Shown here in pieces: positions 12,601 through 24,330 of a DNA stretch of 64,000 nt. The stretch's first letter is position 1; every line of letters begins with the position of its first letter. The notes beneath the pieces are model-generated. The model saw only the letters and a program-made list of their open reading frames with translations, was not told where the DNA came from and made no database searches. The position numbers were made by a program, and so were the translations under genes. Source of the DNA: Torpedo marmorata (lineage: Eukaryota); contig OZ360226.1 of the NCBI GenBank assembly GCA_977017645.1, positions 31,620,001 through 31,684,000 on the forward strand, in the 5' to 3' direction.

Positions 12601-13555
12601 AGAATAAGTGGGTTTATTAGGAGTTGGTCCTTTTGAGATTCAAACTTTTGTTCAAAACCATTCCTTCAAAATCTAATGTTCAATCAATTTGTCCAATAGT
12701 TCACAGCTTGATCCTCAATAATTTGCTCAAATAAGACAACTTTTTCACATGATAACACATCAAAATTAATTTATCAAAGAAAAAGTTCTTTGTCCAGAGG
12801 GTCTCATTACTTTTACCTTAATTGGTGACTATTGTTGGAGAGAATGTGCATTCTGAACCCAAATTAAAAATCAATGGTAGAAAGGTAAAGTCTTGTTGTG
12901 GCTGTTTAAAGACGACACACGTTTTAGCGAAACCATCTCTAAACATTTTTATGAAACATTGCTTAATGTGGTCCAACATTGAGATTAGCTCTGCATGATC
13001 ATGAAAGAAGAGAGAACAACCAATAGGCAGGCAGGCAGGTGGAGAGTGACCATCATACAAAGGCACAAAATACAATCTAGTTCCAATCTGTGCAATCAGT
13101 TTGCTTTTCACGTGTGGCATCAGTGGTAAATGAGAGAGTGGGGGCCAATGGGACTAGAAAGTTCAAACCTCAGACCCCATTTCAAACATTTATTGTCTTT
13201 GCGATGCTGGTGTTTCTAATTAAATGGCAAATATACAATGCTTTGGCAATTGGAGGGAGTTAGAACATTGGAGTCTATTCACATTACAATGTAGAGTACT
13301 GGGAGATAAATTATAAACCGGAAGTCAGGTTTTATGGTCAAGATGGTCTGTGTAGACATCACGGGATTGTGTGTTTGTGTGTGTCTGTGTTAAATGCATC
13401 ACAAAAATACTCGTGCATTTCATTTGATTTCCAAACTTGTTCTGGCTAAGTCAATGACCACAAGCCAATCTGACACAGAGGTGGTGAATTTTAGACTCAG
13501 GGTCGCCAATAACGAGTCTGCATGCAGAGTCACCCTGCTTTGATGTGGCTCATAC

Positions 13556-13784
13556 CTCCTCAGCGATCCGTAATAACTGACTGGATTCTTATTCACGACA
13601 CTGGAACAACGCTGCCTGATCCAGCTATTGTCATTTAAAAGCTGTGTCTTTCTGCGCATCTCCTGCAGAATTTTCTGTCGCTCTTGTTCAGCGTACGAAA
13701 CTGGCAGTTCTTTCGGTTGTGAAGTTTTCAGCTGTGCCTCATTCTTAATCCATGCACTGTCTGGGACTCGACTCTTCACGTCAC
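13556..13784 (-). CDS. LMO7: LMO7 exon (...AEQERQKILQEMRRKTQLLNDNSWIRQR...)
   Basis: gatag/gtatga sites; phase 1-2; DNSWIRQR motif. Confidence 0.93.
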
Positions 13785-14462
13785 CTATCAACCAATCGCA
13801 AATAATTGTTAGCAGCCCTTGTGCCTGATCAGAAGAAAACCTTGGTTTATTATTAAGATGAGGATCCTTCATTTGAAAATACTGCACACAATTTGCATGC
13901 CATTTATAATTGAACAAGCTCATCACAAGCTTGTGCACTGGGTGCATGCAACTTTTCTCATCATAATTAAATTATCTGGTGATCAATGGATAAAAATCAG
14001 CTTGTGTAATAATTACTTCTGAAGGAATAATTATCTAATTTGCGGATCAACATTGACCATGATTAGCAATTATATTCAAAACTGATTTTGGAACAGTCTG
14101 TCCTTGAGGCAGAATTATTATGGAAGAGAAAACCTGACTGACATGGTTAATGTAATTGAACAACCAGCATATCTGCAGGGTGAATTTGATATTAAAACAT
14201 AAATGATCCAAGAATTAACATACTGCCACAACAGATCATTCAACAGGTCTTGCACAGCAGAGGAAGGAACAAATGATTCACATGCGTAAACAAGACATAC
14301 TATTTTTTGGGGAACTAACACACAGCATATAATTCAAAGAAAAAAAATTAAGATTGAGGCAATTATTCGAAATGCACCTGAAATTGAGCTAATGATCATG
14401 ATCATTGGATTAATAGAAAAACTAAGATCAAGGTTGGCTGCTGATCAGAGCCATGCTCCCAC

Positions 14463-14621
14463 CTCTCTCTGGGTCAGCATATTTCATCTGATTAAGTATT
14501 TGCAGCCTCTGTGTTTCCAATTCAACTCGTGTTGCATCTTGGGACTTGGCAGAACTCTTTTGTAGATTTTCCTTTACAATTAGACATTGGGCGACACCAC
14601 ACAATAATCCCACATTTACAC
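14463..14621 (-). CDS. LMO7: LMO7 exon (VNVGLLCGVAQCLIVKENLQK...ELETQRLQILNQMKYADPER)
   Basis: atttag/gtggga sites; 159 nt, phase 1-1, open and compatible with both neighbours. Confidence 0.75.
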
Positions 14622-14809
14622 CTAAATGCACATCGAAATATGCACACAGCCAGGCATTAGCTTGCAGGCAGGCATTAAATTCGGAATGTGTTCAAACACA
14701 AAGTAATTAAAAGCAAAATGAAAAAAATGCTTGAACATTTTGCAAAGAAATGCCTAATCCTACTTTAACACCCTCACTAATTGTTATAAGTTCTTCAATT
14801 TTTTTTTTT

Positions 14810-15207
14810 TCAGATATTCAGCTCGGTAACAGGCCCGTGCCGCCCAATTACACCCATGTGACCAATCAATCTACTAACCCTGTACATCTTTGGAACGTGG
14901 GAGAAAACTGGAGCACCAGGAGGAACTCTCTGAGACTCCATTATTTATTAATAATATTTATTTTAAATATATGTGTACTGTACTTGTCTGTATGTGTGTT
15001 ATGTCTGTATGTGTGTTTGCACTGTGAACTGAAGAACGCTGTTTCATCGGGTTGTACTGGTAAATCAATCAGATGATAAATAAACGTGAACTTGAACTTG
15101 GAAACCCACGCATTCACGGGGACAACGTACAAACTCCTTACAGACAGTGTCAGATTCGAACCTGGGTCGCTGGCGCTGTAATAGCGTTGCACTAACCATG
15201 CTGCCTT
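14810..15207 (-). mobile_element. tRNA-derived V-SINE interrupted by a short LINE 3' end (about 14930-15099)
   Basis: A/B boxes TGGTTAGTGCAACG and GGTTCGAATC on minus; insert ends AATAAACGTGAACTTGAACTTG. Confidence 0.75.
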
Positions 15208-15568
15208 CTGCTATTTCCCATGCATATCTGTAAATAATCTCATTCTGAAATAGCTCAGCTTTGATAATGATCACGTTAACCTGATAATGATCAAGTTGGA
15301 ATTTTTAAAATTTAATATGCATTTTGTTTAACTCAAAAAGGTTTTCAAATGGTGTTTATAGGCAAATAACTCAAGTGATAACTGCTTGGACTCCATAGTT
15401 GCTCTGTCATCTTTACTCTCTGGGCATGTAACTGAATATGCTTCAAATGTAATTCAACATATTAATCCAAGATATTCTTAACTAACTGAGAGGTTACAGA
15501 AATGTGCAAAAGGACATTCCAAATCTTGTTTTATTCCCTTAATGAAACCCTTGAAGGGAGAAACTTAC

Positions 15569-15624
15569 CCTGTTTTTGCACAGGCACAACCTCATCGAGC
15601 TCAGAGGTTGACTTTGACTTGGTC
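15569..15624 (-). CDS. LMO7: LMO7 exon (TKSKSTSELDEVVPVQKQ)
   Basis: ttttag/gtaagt sites; phase 2-1; KSxSTxELD motif. Confidence 0.9.
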
Positions 15625-16262
15625 CTAAAATCAAAATGGTGTTGGAAACTAGTTATTACAACAAACATGTGAAGCAATATAATGCATCTCTTATAGCTGA
15701 TTACAAATAATCTTAACAATTTTCTGCAAACGCAATTGCCTTCAAAAATGCTAAGTATTTTAAGAATAGTTTTGCTTGCATAAGCAAACGAATACATGGA
15801 TTTTTCCAATTTAATCAAGGCTAATTTCTTCCATCCAAAAGTCCCCCTGATTGCCCACAAGTGCAAAAGAAATATGGCCCAGATAATAACATACTGCTGA
15901 ACCTGATGGTCCAGCTCACAGAAGTATCAACATGCCGCTCCTTAATCAGAAGTATTATTTTCTTTTACACATAATCTGGATTTAAACAAGTGAGCAAACA
16001 TGGTCGATACAGACAGAAGGCTGCAGGGAAATTAAATCTTAATAATGATTATCACTGTTATTAAATACATTCAACTCTACTATTTGAGAAACCTTTCTGC
16101 TACTATTATTAAATTTAATGCAAAATAACTTCTCAATTTTGCTTGTGCAATTAATTGAATCCCAGCAATTAGGACAGACATACACTCATCTGGTTCTGCA
16201 AGCAACACTTGGCTGGCACTGGAAGCAACTTCAGCAAACTAAATGAAGCTTCAGAATCTTAC

Positions 16263-16651
16263 CAGTGAGGTTGAAATTCTTTAGCTTTTTCTGCCTCTGC
16301 CAGCCACACTTGCTCCGCTGCCTGCTGTCTCTGCCTACTTTCTGCTCTCTGTCTCTCTGACTCCAGTTGATGTTCCAGGTGCTCCCGTTCCATCTCTTCC
16401 TGCAGGTTTCCTTCTTGTTTGTGACGAGCTTTAATTTCCTGGCATGCCTGTTCCTCCTGGAGCCTGATTTCTTTCTGCCTCCTAGCTTCTTCGACTTCCC
16501 CTTGGCACGCATCTTCTTCATCATCTAGCTCCTCTTCAGTGTCCTTATCATTCGAATTTTGGGAAGAGAACCAGTTTCTGGATTCACCAGGCCAGTCTGT
16601 GGCACTAAATGGTGACCGTGGGGTGTTTGTTTCTTGTAGTATCTTGCGCTC
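16263..16651 (-). CDS. LMO7: LMO7 exon, Glu/Gln/Arg-rich coiled-coil region (ERKILQETNTPRSPF...AKEFQPHW)
   Basis: ttttaacag/gtaaga sites; 389 nt open, phase 0-2. Confidence 0.88.
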
Positions 16652-17006
16652 CTGTTAAAAATTAGAATTATATTTGGTCTACTCAGAGTGAAAAACAGTA
16701 ATCAAAGAGTTTACACAAAATGTTGCACATAAAAACAGAAGACTTTAAAGAGTGATCAAAGATCACCTGGAAAGACTCAATGCAACAGGCAGCAGACATG
16801 GATAGAAAAGGTCAGACGATGTTTCATGTTGGGACTCTTCATTGAGTCTTGATAAAGAGTCCTGACCTGAAGCATCGACTGACCATTTCTATCCATGGAT
16901 GCCGAGTCCCTCCAGCTTTTCTTTGTTCAGACAAGAATCCAGCATGTGCAGTTTTTAATGTTTCTCTCAGGCTGAAAGGAGATGCCATCAAGGTACATAA
17001 AGTAAC

Positions 17007-18688
17007 TATGTGGTTATAAGATTAATTCTGATAAAAGTGAAATTATGGCATTAACACAAGGGGATTATAGTAAATGTAAAGAAATTACACAATTTAAGTG
17101 GTCAAAGGAAGGAATTAAAATTAACTAATCTATATAAATTAAATTATCTACCATTATTTATGAATATTAAAAAGGATTTAGAAAGTTGGAAGGATTTACC
17201 TATAACTTTAATGGGAAGGGTAAATTGTATTAAAATGAATGTTTTTCCGAGAATTCAATATCTTTTTCAATCAATTCCTTATGAAATCCCTCAAAAATTC
17301 TTTAAAGATTTAAATTTAATTATTAGGAAATTCTTGTGGAAAGGAAAGTTGGCTAGAGTAGGTATGGAGAAATTAACTTGGAATTATGAAATAGGTGGTT
17401 TACAACTTCCTAATTTTCAATATTATTATAAAGCAGCCCAATTAAAATTTATTAATGAAATGTTTGATTTAGGAAAATCTTCCGCTTGGATTAGAATAGA
17501 ATTAAATAATATAGGAGAAGATTTGAAAGAAGAAGTTATTTATAAATGGAATTCTAAATTATTATTAACAAGAGGGAAAAATTCTCCTATTTTTAGACAT
17601 TTGTTAGAAATATGGAATAGAGTGGATAGAGAGATAGGAGCGAAAGGGTCAATTTGTCGAAAAATGCCTCTGTATCAAAATAAACTTATTCCATTTACTG
17701 TTGATAATCAATTATTTAAAATTTGGTTCCAAAGGGGAATTAAGAAAATAAATGATTGTTTTGAAGTTAGTAAATTTATTACTTTTCAAAGAATGAAAGA
17801 TAAGTTTAATGTATCAAATAATACACTTTTTGCTTATTATCAAATTAGAGCATTTTTAGTTGAAAGTTTGGACTATAGTTTGATTTTACCAAGACAGAGT
17901 GAATTGGAATTATTAATGGAGGTGTAAATAAATTTATTTCTCAAATGTATAGATTGTTACAGAGGAAAATGCCTAAATTAGGAATTCATAAATCAAGATT
18001 AAATTGGGAATCAGATTTGAATGTAACAATAGATGAAGAACATTGGAAAGAATTATGTAAACAAAGTATGACGAAGATTATTAACATTAGATATAGATTA
18101 GTGCAATATAATTTTTTTCATCAATTATATTTAACACCTAAAAAATTAAAGAAATTTAATCCGACATTATCCGGTTTATGTTTTAGATGTAATAGAGAGG
18201 AAGGTTCTTTTGTACATTCTACATGGTTTTGTCCAAAAGTATATGATTTTTGGTTGAAAGTTAAAAAGTTTTTAGATAAAGTATTAAGAATTACACTCCC
18301 AATGGTTCCTATGATATTTTCGTTCAGCTATACCACTTGAAAAAATTACTTATAATTTACGTAATAAATATCATTTCTTTTTGAAAATATGGAGCCCATA
18401 TATAAAAACTGTTGGTTTAAAGATTTGAAGATCTCCGGATATTGGATCTGACTGGCGAACCTGTGTTCCACAATAAAATTAGTTTATAGTTGTTCTTTTT
18501 AGAGTGACATTCTCCTTACTTTATCTTTTTCTTCTTTCTTTCTTTTTTTTGGGAGGGTTAGGGAGGGGAGGAAGGGAGGGGGGGAGGGAGGGAGGGGGGG
18601 TGAAAATGTATCACATGTAATTTGATAATATTGCATTTTAAACTATGTACTGTGTGATTTAAAAAATTTAAATAAAATATTTTTTAAA
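17007..18688 (+). mobile_element. L1-clade LINE, 5'-truncated
   Basis: ORF2 C-terminal motifs (GRVNCIKMN, GGLQLPNF, CFRC...HSTWFC); perfect 17-bp TSD AAGGTACATAAAGTAAC at 16990-17006 and 18689-18705. Confidence 0.93.
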
Positions 18689-19752
18689 AAGGTACATAAA
18701 GTAACGGGAGCCTAAATAGGGTGAAAGGACCATATTTCCATTTGCAGAAGAGTCAATAACTTGAATTAAGAAAATGTTGCAATGATTAGGAGAAAGTCAA
18801 CTGTATTTTCTCCAAGTCTCAAAGGAAATCAATATTTCTGTGGCCAGGATTATGGTCACATCAAAACTTGTGCAGAATTTGAATCAGACAAAGCTGGACA
18901 AAAAATGTTATGTCATTTGATGATTGACAAGCATCCATATTAATTGGATCTGGGTTTTAAAGTTGGTATTGATCATTATCCAATAGTACCTAGGAAAAAA
19001 TGACAAATTTTTACAGCAATGAATTCATTAAGGTAGAAACCAGCTTTGATGGAAATATTATTTCTATATCCAATTGGAAAGGAGAAGCTTTTTTGATTAG
19101 AGGAAATAATGACAGAGCAACTGCAACTATTTATCTGATTCTCGCACTAATTTTGTATTTCTTACAAGGAACAATGCTTTGCACACAGCATTGGTTTTGA
19201 CACAGGAGTGTCATAAATGACAAAAAAAACAAAAGATTTTAAAAGTCAGAGTAGTCAAAGCACATTTAGATTTTTTTCTAAAGACAGACAAAAACAATGT
19301 TCTCCATCTTCATTCGAATCCATTGGTAAATCAAAAGCATCAGTCATAATACTAGCACGGATCAATGGTTTTGGTGAATGGTTCCATTATTAATTAGTAA
19401 CATTCATTAAGAAATATAATCCAACTTTTGTAAACGTAACCTCTTTAAATGTAAAATGCCTTTCACTGGCAATCTAAAAGTACACTATTCAAAATTACCA
19501 ACTTTTAGTGATGAATGTTCATCATTAAAAAACACAAGGATATATCAATGGTTTGGGCTCTCAAATAATGTAGACAATGGTTATTTGTGAAAGAGGTTTA
19601 ATTATTTTCAATATTTTAATACTGAACCTAAATACCTGTAGTTCATTTTTAACTTAAACATTCCTAAAATCTACTAGTTTGAGAGACTAGTGGGTTTGCC
19701 TTTGGATTGCCCACACATGCATGCATCCTGTACAACACCACTTCCTCATTAC

Positions 19753-19845
19753 CTCTTCGTAGTACTTGGAACCTTCTTGCTCTGCTTCTTTCCGAGCCCT
19801 TTCCCATTCTTCCTGTAGCCTTTCTTGCTCACGCTGATATTTTTC
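19753..19845 (-). CDS. LMO7: LMO7 exon (EKYQREQERLQEEWERARKEAEQEGSKYYEE)
   Basis: actag/gtaatg sites; EKYQREQE-L-EEW motif. Confidence 0.95.
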
Positions 19846-21134
19846 CTAGTGGTTCCAGATTATCACAACCATTAGGCAGAGAAAAGTATATGGATGCATG
19901 AACGAGCTTATAGTTACATATTGCCTCAATAGTGCCAAGAATAATTACCAATGCCAAAACTGGAATCAGACTAAGAGGGAGAAATCCATTCTCCAAAGGA
20001 AGCACCAAATGCACATACTCAGTGGTGGCTGCATGTTGAATTCCACTTTCAAAGTTTAGCTTTGTGCAAGTCAATGAAGTCAATTTTGCAATTGGGGTGC
20101 AACCTAGCATCATAAGATTATTGCAATTAATCCGTACAATCTTTAAATGGCTTATTTCATTCAGATACAAAACAAACCATTAAAACTGATTTTCAAACAA
20201 TTTTGAATTATTTAAAACATGATGTGCATTACCAAATTTAAAATGCTATATTCTAGGTGAGATTTTAATAGAAATTAAAACCGAAACACAATTTCGATGT
20301 GCTAAAACTTTAATGAACTTTACCCATCACTAATCCGAAGTCAATAAATGATGCACAAAACATTCTTAAATGTTGTCAGTGCTCCCGTTGCAATGTCCTC
20401 CAACATTTAAGATAAATGGTAGTCTTGAATCTAGGTTTGGCAAAGGCTGTCTACGGAAGAGGTCCCACCATTCAATAACAACACTAACAAAATGAAGTGA
20501 AGCAACCTGCACTTTGTGCCATGCATGCACCATGTTATAACTAGCAACAGCACATGACAACATGTTGGCATTAGAGTAGCACAATTAGAAAAGGGTAATG
20601 TTAGATCCTCTCCAATGCAAAAGGATAATAACCTGGCTTGAACAGCAGACCCTTGCATTCTTCTAATATAAACTGTCATCCATGTTCTGTAACCAACAGG
20701 ACTGAACATATTTTTTTTAAAAGAACAAAAGAATGACAAAAGGACAGAAATGGAAAGATGCGGATAATCTCAACTCCACCAGATTAACAAAATTTAAGAT
20801 TCCTATAATAGATCATCTTTGGTTGCTGTGTGGCTCGACTGAACTGGTTACAGGAGTGTTCCCATCTCAAACAATTGTAGCCCCCTTAGTTATTCCCAGA
20901 CAGTCAATTGACAAACAGTCAATTCAATTTCCCTACCAATCATTGTAAAAGACTCAATGAGATGAGTGTGATGGGGAAAACTTGGTTAGAGAATTAATTC
21001 TCCAGGTAAAATAAGGTACCATTGAGGGATGGAACCTCAATCTCCCCTACATTGATCTCAGCCACAGCACGGTAGCAGGAGCTTGAAGCAAGACTGCGGA
21101 AAAACTGCAGAACACACACTTGACTATTCAAATT

Positions 21135-21530
21135 CAGTAAAACTCTGATAACCTGACATCCAATTGTTCAGAAATCCCAAAAGTTTGACACCTGGCTCAT
21201 TAGTTTGGAAGGTGAGGCGGGGCTTGAAAGTGCAGGTGTGATGTGTGGCCAGGACTAGGATCTGGCATGAAGGTGGGATGTGCAGCTGGAATCTGGAATG
21301 CCAGAGGTCAGGAACATGGGAAGGATTGAACCTGGAGCGCTGGGCACTGATACATTTCCTGCTCCTTTTAAATTCACCCAGCTCACTTGAAAATGTATTA
21401 TACTAATAAGTAACATGAAGAAAAATCTGAAATAAATGCAGTGGGGTATTATTTATGAAAAACAATCGCTTGGAAATCTGCTCATCCAGCACCAAATTCC
21501 CGAGGCTGTCGGATTATCAGAGTTTTGCTG
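21135..21530. mobile_element. Tigger/pogo-like MITE
   Basis: Terminal inverted repeats CAGTAAAACTCTGATAA / TTATCAGAGTTTTGCTG, followed by TA on the right. Confidence 0.75.
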
Positions 21531-22235
21531 TAACGGGTTTCAGCAGAACTAGAGAAACACAAGAACGACAGATGCTGGAATCTTGAGTGAACAAAGAGAA
21601 GCTGGAGGGACTCAACGGGTCAGGCAAGGAGGGAAGTGGTCAGTCAAGGCTTTGGGTCAGGATCATTTCAATGGTTTTTAGGACAAATAGAGGGTTATGG
21701 GTGTGAGGTAGGGAACAATTAGATTGTTGTGGAGTAGGTTTACATAGATCAGCACAGCAGTGTGGGCTGATGAGCCTGTACTGCATTGCAACATTCTATG
21801 TTCTAACTCTTAAAGGGTTGACTGGTCATATCTTTCCATGGATGCTGCCTGGACCGTTGAGTCCCTTCAACTCTTTGTTCACCAGCAGAACTAGGTACAT
21901 TTCCCTGGCAACTGAGGGTACTTGTCTGCCTCAAACAAAAAGTATGGACTAAAACAGGAGTCACAATATCTTAAAACCTGTACAGTAAGATGGATAGTTG
22001 AGAAATTGAGCAATTTAAATCTAATATAAAGATCAATTCTATTTTTAAAATGGCCTGTGTCCAATGGTTCTCATCCTCTTGTATTCTAGTAATTTCACAT
22101 TGATGAAACATAATGGAATGAAACCAGTGTCATAACATACTATGTGAAGTGGATAGAATTCATGCAAAGCATTTATTAGTAAACCCAAACAAACCACCTC
22201 AACCTCTCGTGGCCAGCACCGCCGCCACACTGTAC

Positions 22236-22340
22236 CTGTAACAATCGGTCTTGTTCTTTCTGCCATATTTCCTGCCGCTTTCTCTCCTCCTCAGGATTCC
22301 AAGACCAACGACTTGAAACACTAATTGATGGAATTTGTAG
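22236..22340 (-). CDS. LMO7: LMO7 exon (LQIPSISVSSRWSWNPEEERKRQEIWQKEQDRLLQ)
   Basis: gttag/gtacag sites; RWxWxxEEERKRQExWQKEQDRLLQ motif. Confidence 0.95.
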
Positions 22341-22637
22341 CTAACATACCACAGCAAGAAGAAAGCATGTAACACCATTTTAAAAAAATAACATCCAGAT
22401 TTGCAACTTTCTTTAACATCAAGTAGGTCTGCCAGTCATCAACTGAATTCACGAAATGCTCAAAATATTAAAGCCTTATTCAAAATATTTTATTAGTCTT
22501 ATAATTTAAAGCACAAATGGAAACTAGCATTGTATGCAGTATTCTTTTATTTCTTTTATTCCTATCAAAGACAACTCAATACAGCATACTATTTTTTTTA
22601 ACATACAATCTCACGATAGAAAATGAAGTACACTTAC

Positions 22638-22663
22638 ATCACTCATCGCTGATTCCGATCCTC
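22638..22663 (-). CDS. LMO7: LMO7 26-nt micro-exon (GGSESAMSD)
   Basis: tatacag/gtaagt sites; supplies the phase 1-0 change needed between flanking exons. Confidence 0.85.
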
Positions 22664-23922
22664 CTGTATAATAAAAAAAGGTATTTAATTAGATAAACTC
22701 AGCAAGAAGATGTTTTTGTGTATGCTTTACTGAGTCTTTTGGTCCCAAAAATATACTTCTTCATCTTAGTAGTTATGCGTCTGTGCAATGCAACACGAAA
22801 GATACTGAGAGACTTTTCAGGCATCCACACACACAGTTTATATCTGCTTAATCACCATGCTGACCATGGGAAGATTCAGTATTTGCAAATTAACTGCCTG
22901 AACCTTGGTCCATGTTTTTGCTCCTTAAAAGAAGGAGAGAAACACTGGAGTAGAAAATTAATTTTTCTGAAATGACGTACAAAGTACTGAGTGCAGATTG
23001 TGCTCCACGTTAAAAATTTGGCTCCATGAAATTAACGCAACACATTTTGGAAGATGGGAACAATATGCAGCCACAATTTAGCTCAAGAAACGAGAGACAA
23101 AATATCTCCACACCATTTGAAACCTGGTATTGGTTTTATTCAGATTTATTAAAATTGGGGTGAAGGACAAAACCATCCCAAAAAAATTGTTGCAGTTTCC
23201 ATAGGAAATATCCCTATTCTATCTTGTGCTTTTCATTCTTTCTAATGAATATTATGCCAATTAAAACATTGCTGAAAAGAAACTGGTACTAGAATACCCT
23301 GACAAGAGGTTGGCTCGAGTAAAACTCAAAACAGCCAATTAGATTGCTGTATGTTCAGTAAATTATTGCCTTTTCAAACACACCTTGGAGACAAATATCA
23401 GCTCATAATGCTGTAAACTTGAGATGGCCAGAAACACAGAAACCAAACTACAACTTTACAGGTCAATTGTTCAGTTTAAACTAACTCCAAAATAATAGGC
23501 TATAAAAGGTGTGACGTTCCCCCATTTTTCAGTTCATTTTATTTGTGTGGGACTGTCCCTTTAAGAGAACAGATTGAATAAACCTTGCAGATTTTGGAAA
23601 GTGACTGTGAAAATGGCTGCAGGCTTCGAAAACAGCATGTTTCAAAAGTTGATACATTTGCAGAGTGAAGGGAGAAGCCCTGTAAAAGCCAGGGGCGGAG
23701 ACCATGTGACCAGATTATTGAAAAGTAAGTGCACATTTTGCTCAGGAGCCATTTTAAGAAGGCAGCACAAGAGTAAAGTGCTCTTTGACCTCCTTTGTGG
23801 GAATGAGAAACCCACTTGGCCTCATTGTGTGGTTATAGACAAACTGTCAGATTTCCTCCTGTTAGTTATTGAGAAATGAAAAGACCAATTCGTGATCAAA
23901 AAGAGTGAAGGTCACTTTTGTT

Positions 23923-24215
23923 CAACTGACCCACGAAAAGGGTTCTACTTGCAGAAGAAATACTGCATTTGACTGACCCACAAAAAGGGTTCTACTTGCA
24001 GAAGAAATACTGCACTCAACTGACCCACGAAAAGGGTTCTACTTGCAGAAGAAATACTGCATTTGACTGACCCATGAAAAGGGATCTACTTGCAGAAGGA
24101 ATACTGCACTCTACTTCGACTGACCCACGAAAAGGGTTCTCGTTGCAGAAGAAGTACTGCACTCTACTTCGACTGACCCAGCACTCTACTTCGACTGACC
24201 CACGAAAAGGGTTCT
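23923..24215 (+). repeat. About 47-bp tandem repeat inside the LTR
   Basis: Unit ACTGACCCACGAAAAGGGTTCTACTTGCAGAAGAAATACTGC+5 nt, five copies plus partial ones. Confidence 0.9.
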
Positions 24216-24330
24216 GGAAGCTTTGTGAGCATCACTTGCTTCGTATCCCCTACGCCAAACAAGAGGGGAATTTCAGTTGGCACTCGCCTAAAAAGAACGC
24301 TTTGTTGAAGCACCTCAACAAGGGTTTCGT

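Noticed and set aside
16231-16524. Lys/Arg-rich 97-aa ORF as a separate basic protein
   Set aside because: It is an alternative frame of the LMO7 coiled-coil exon 16263-16651
23923-24215. Possible CRISPR array or coding repeat (ORF 24074..24337)
   Set aside because: Contiguous tandem repeat inside a solo LTR with no unique spacers
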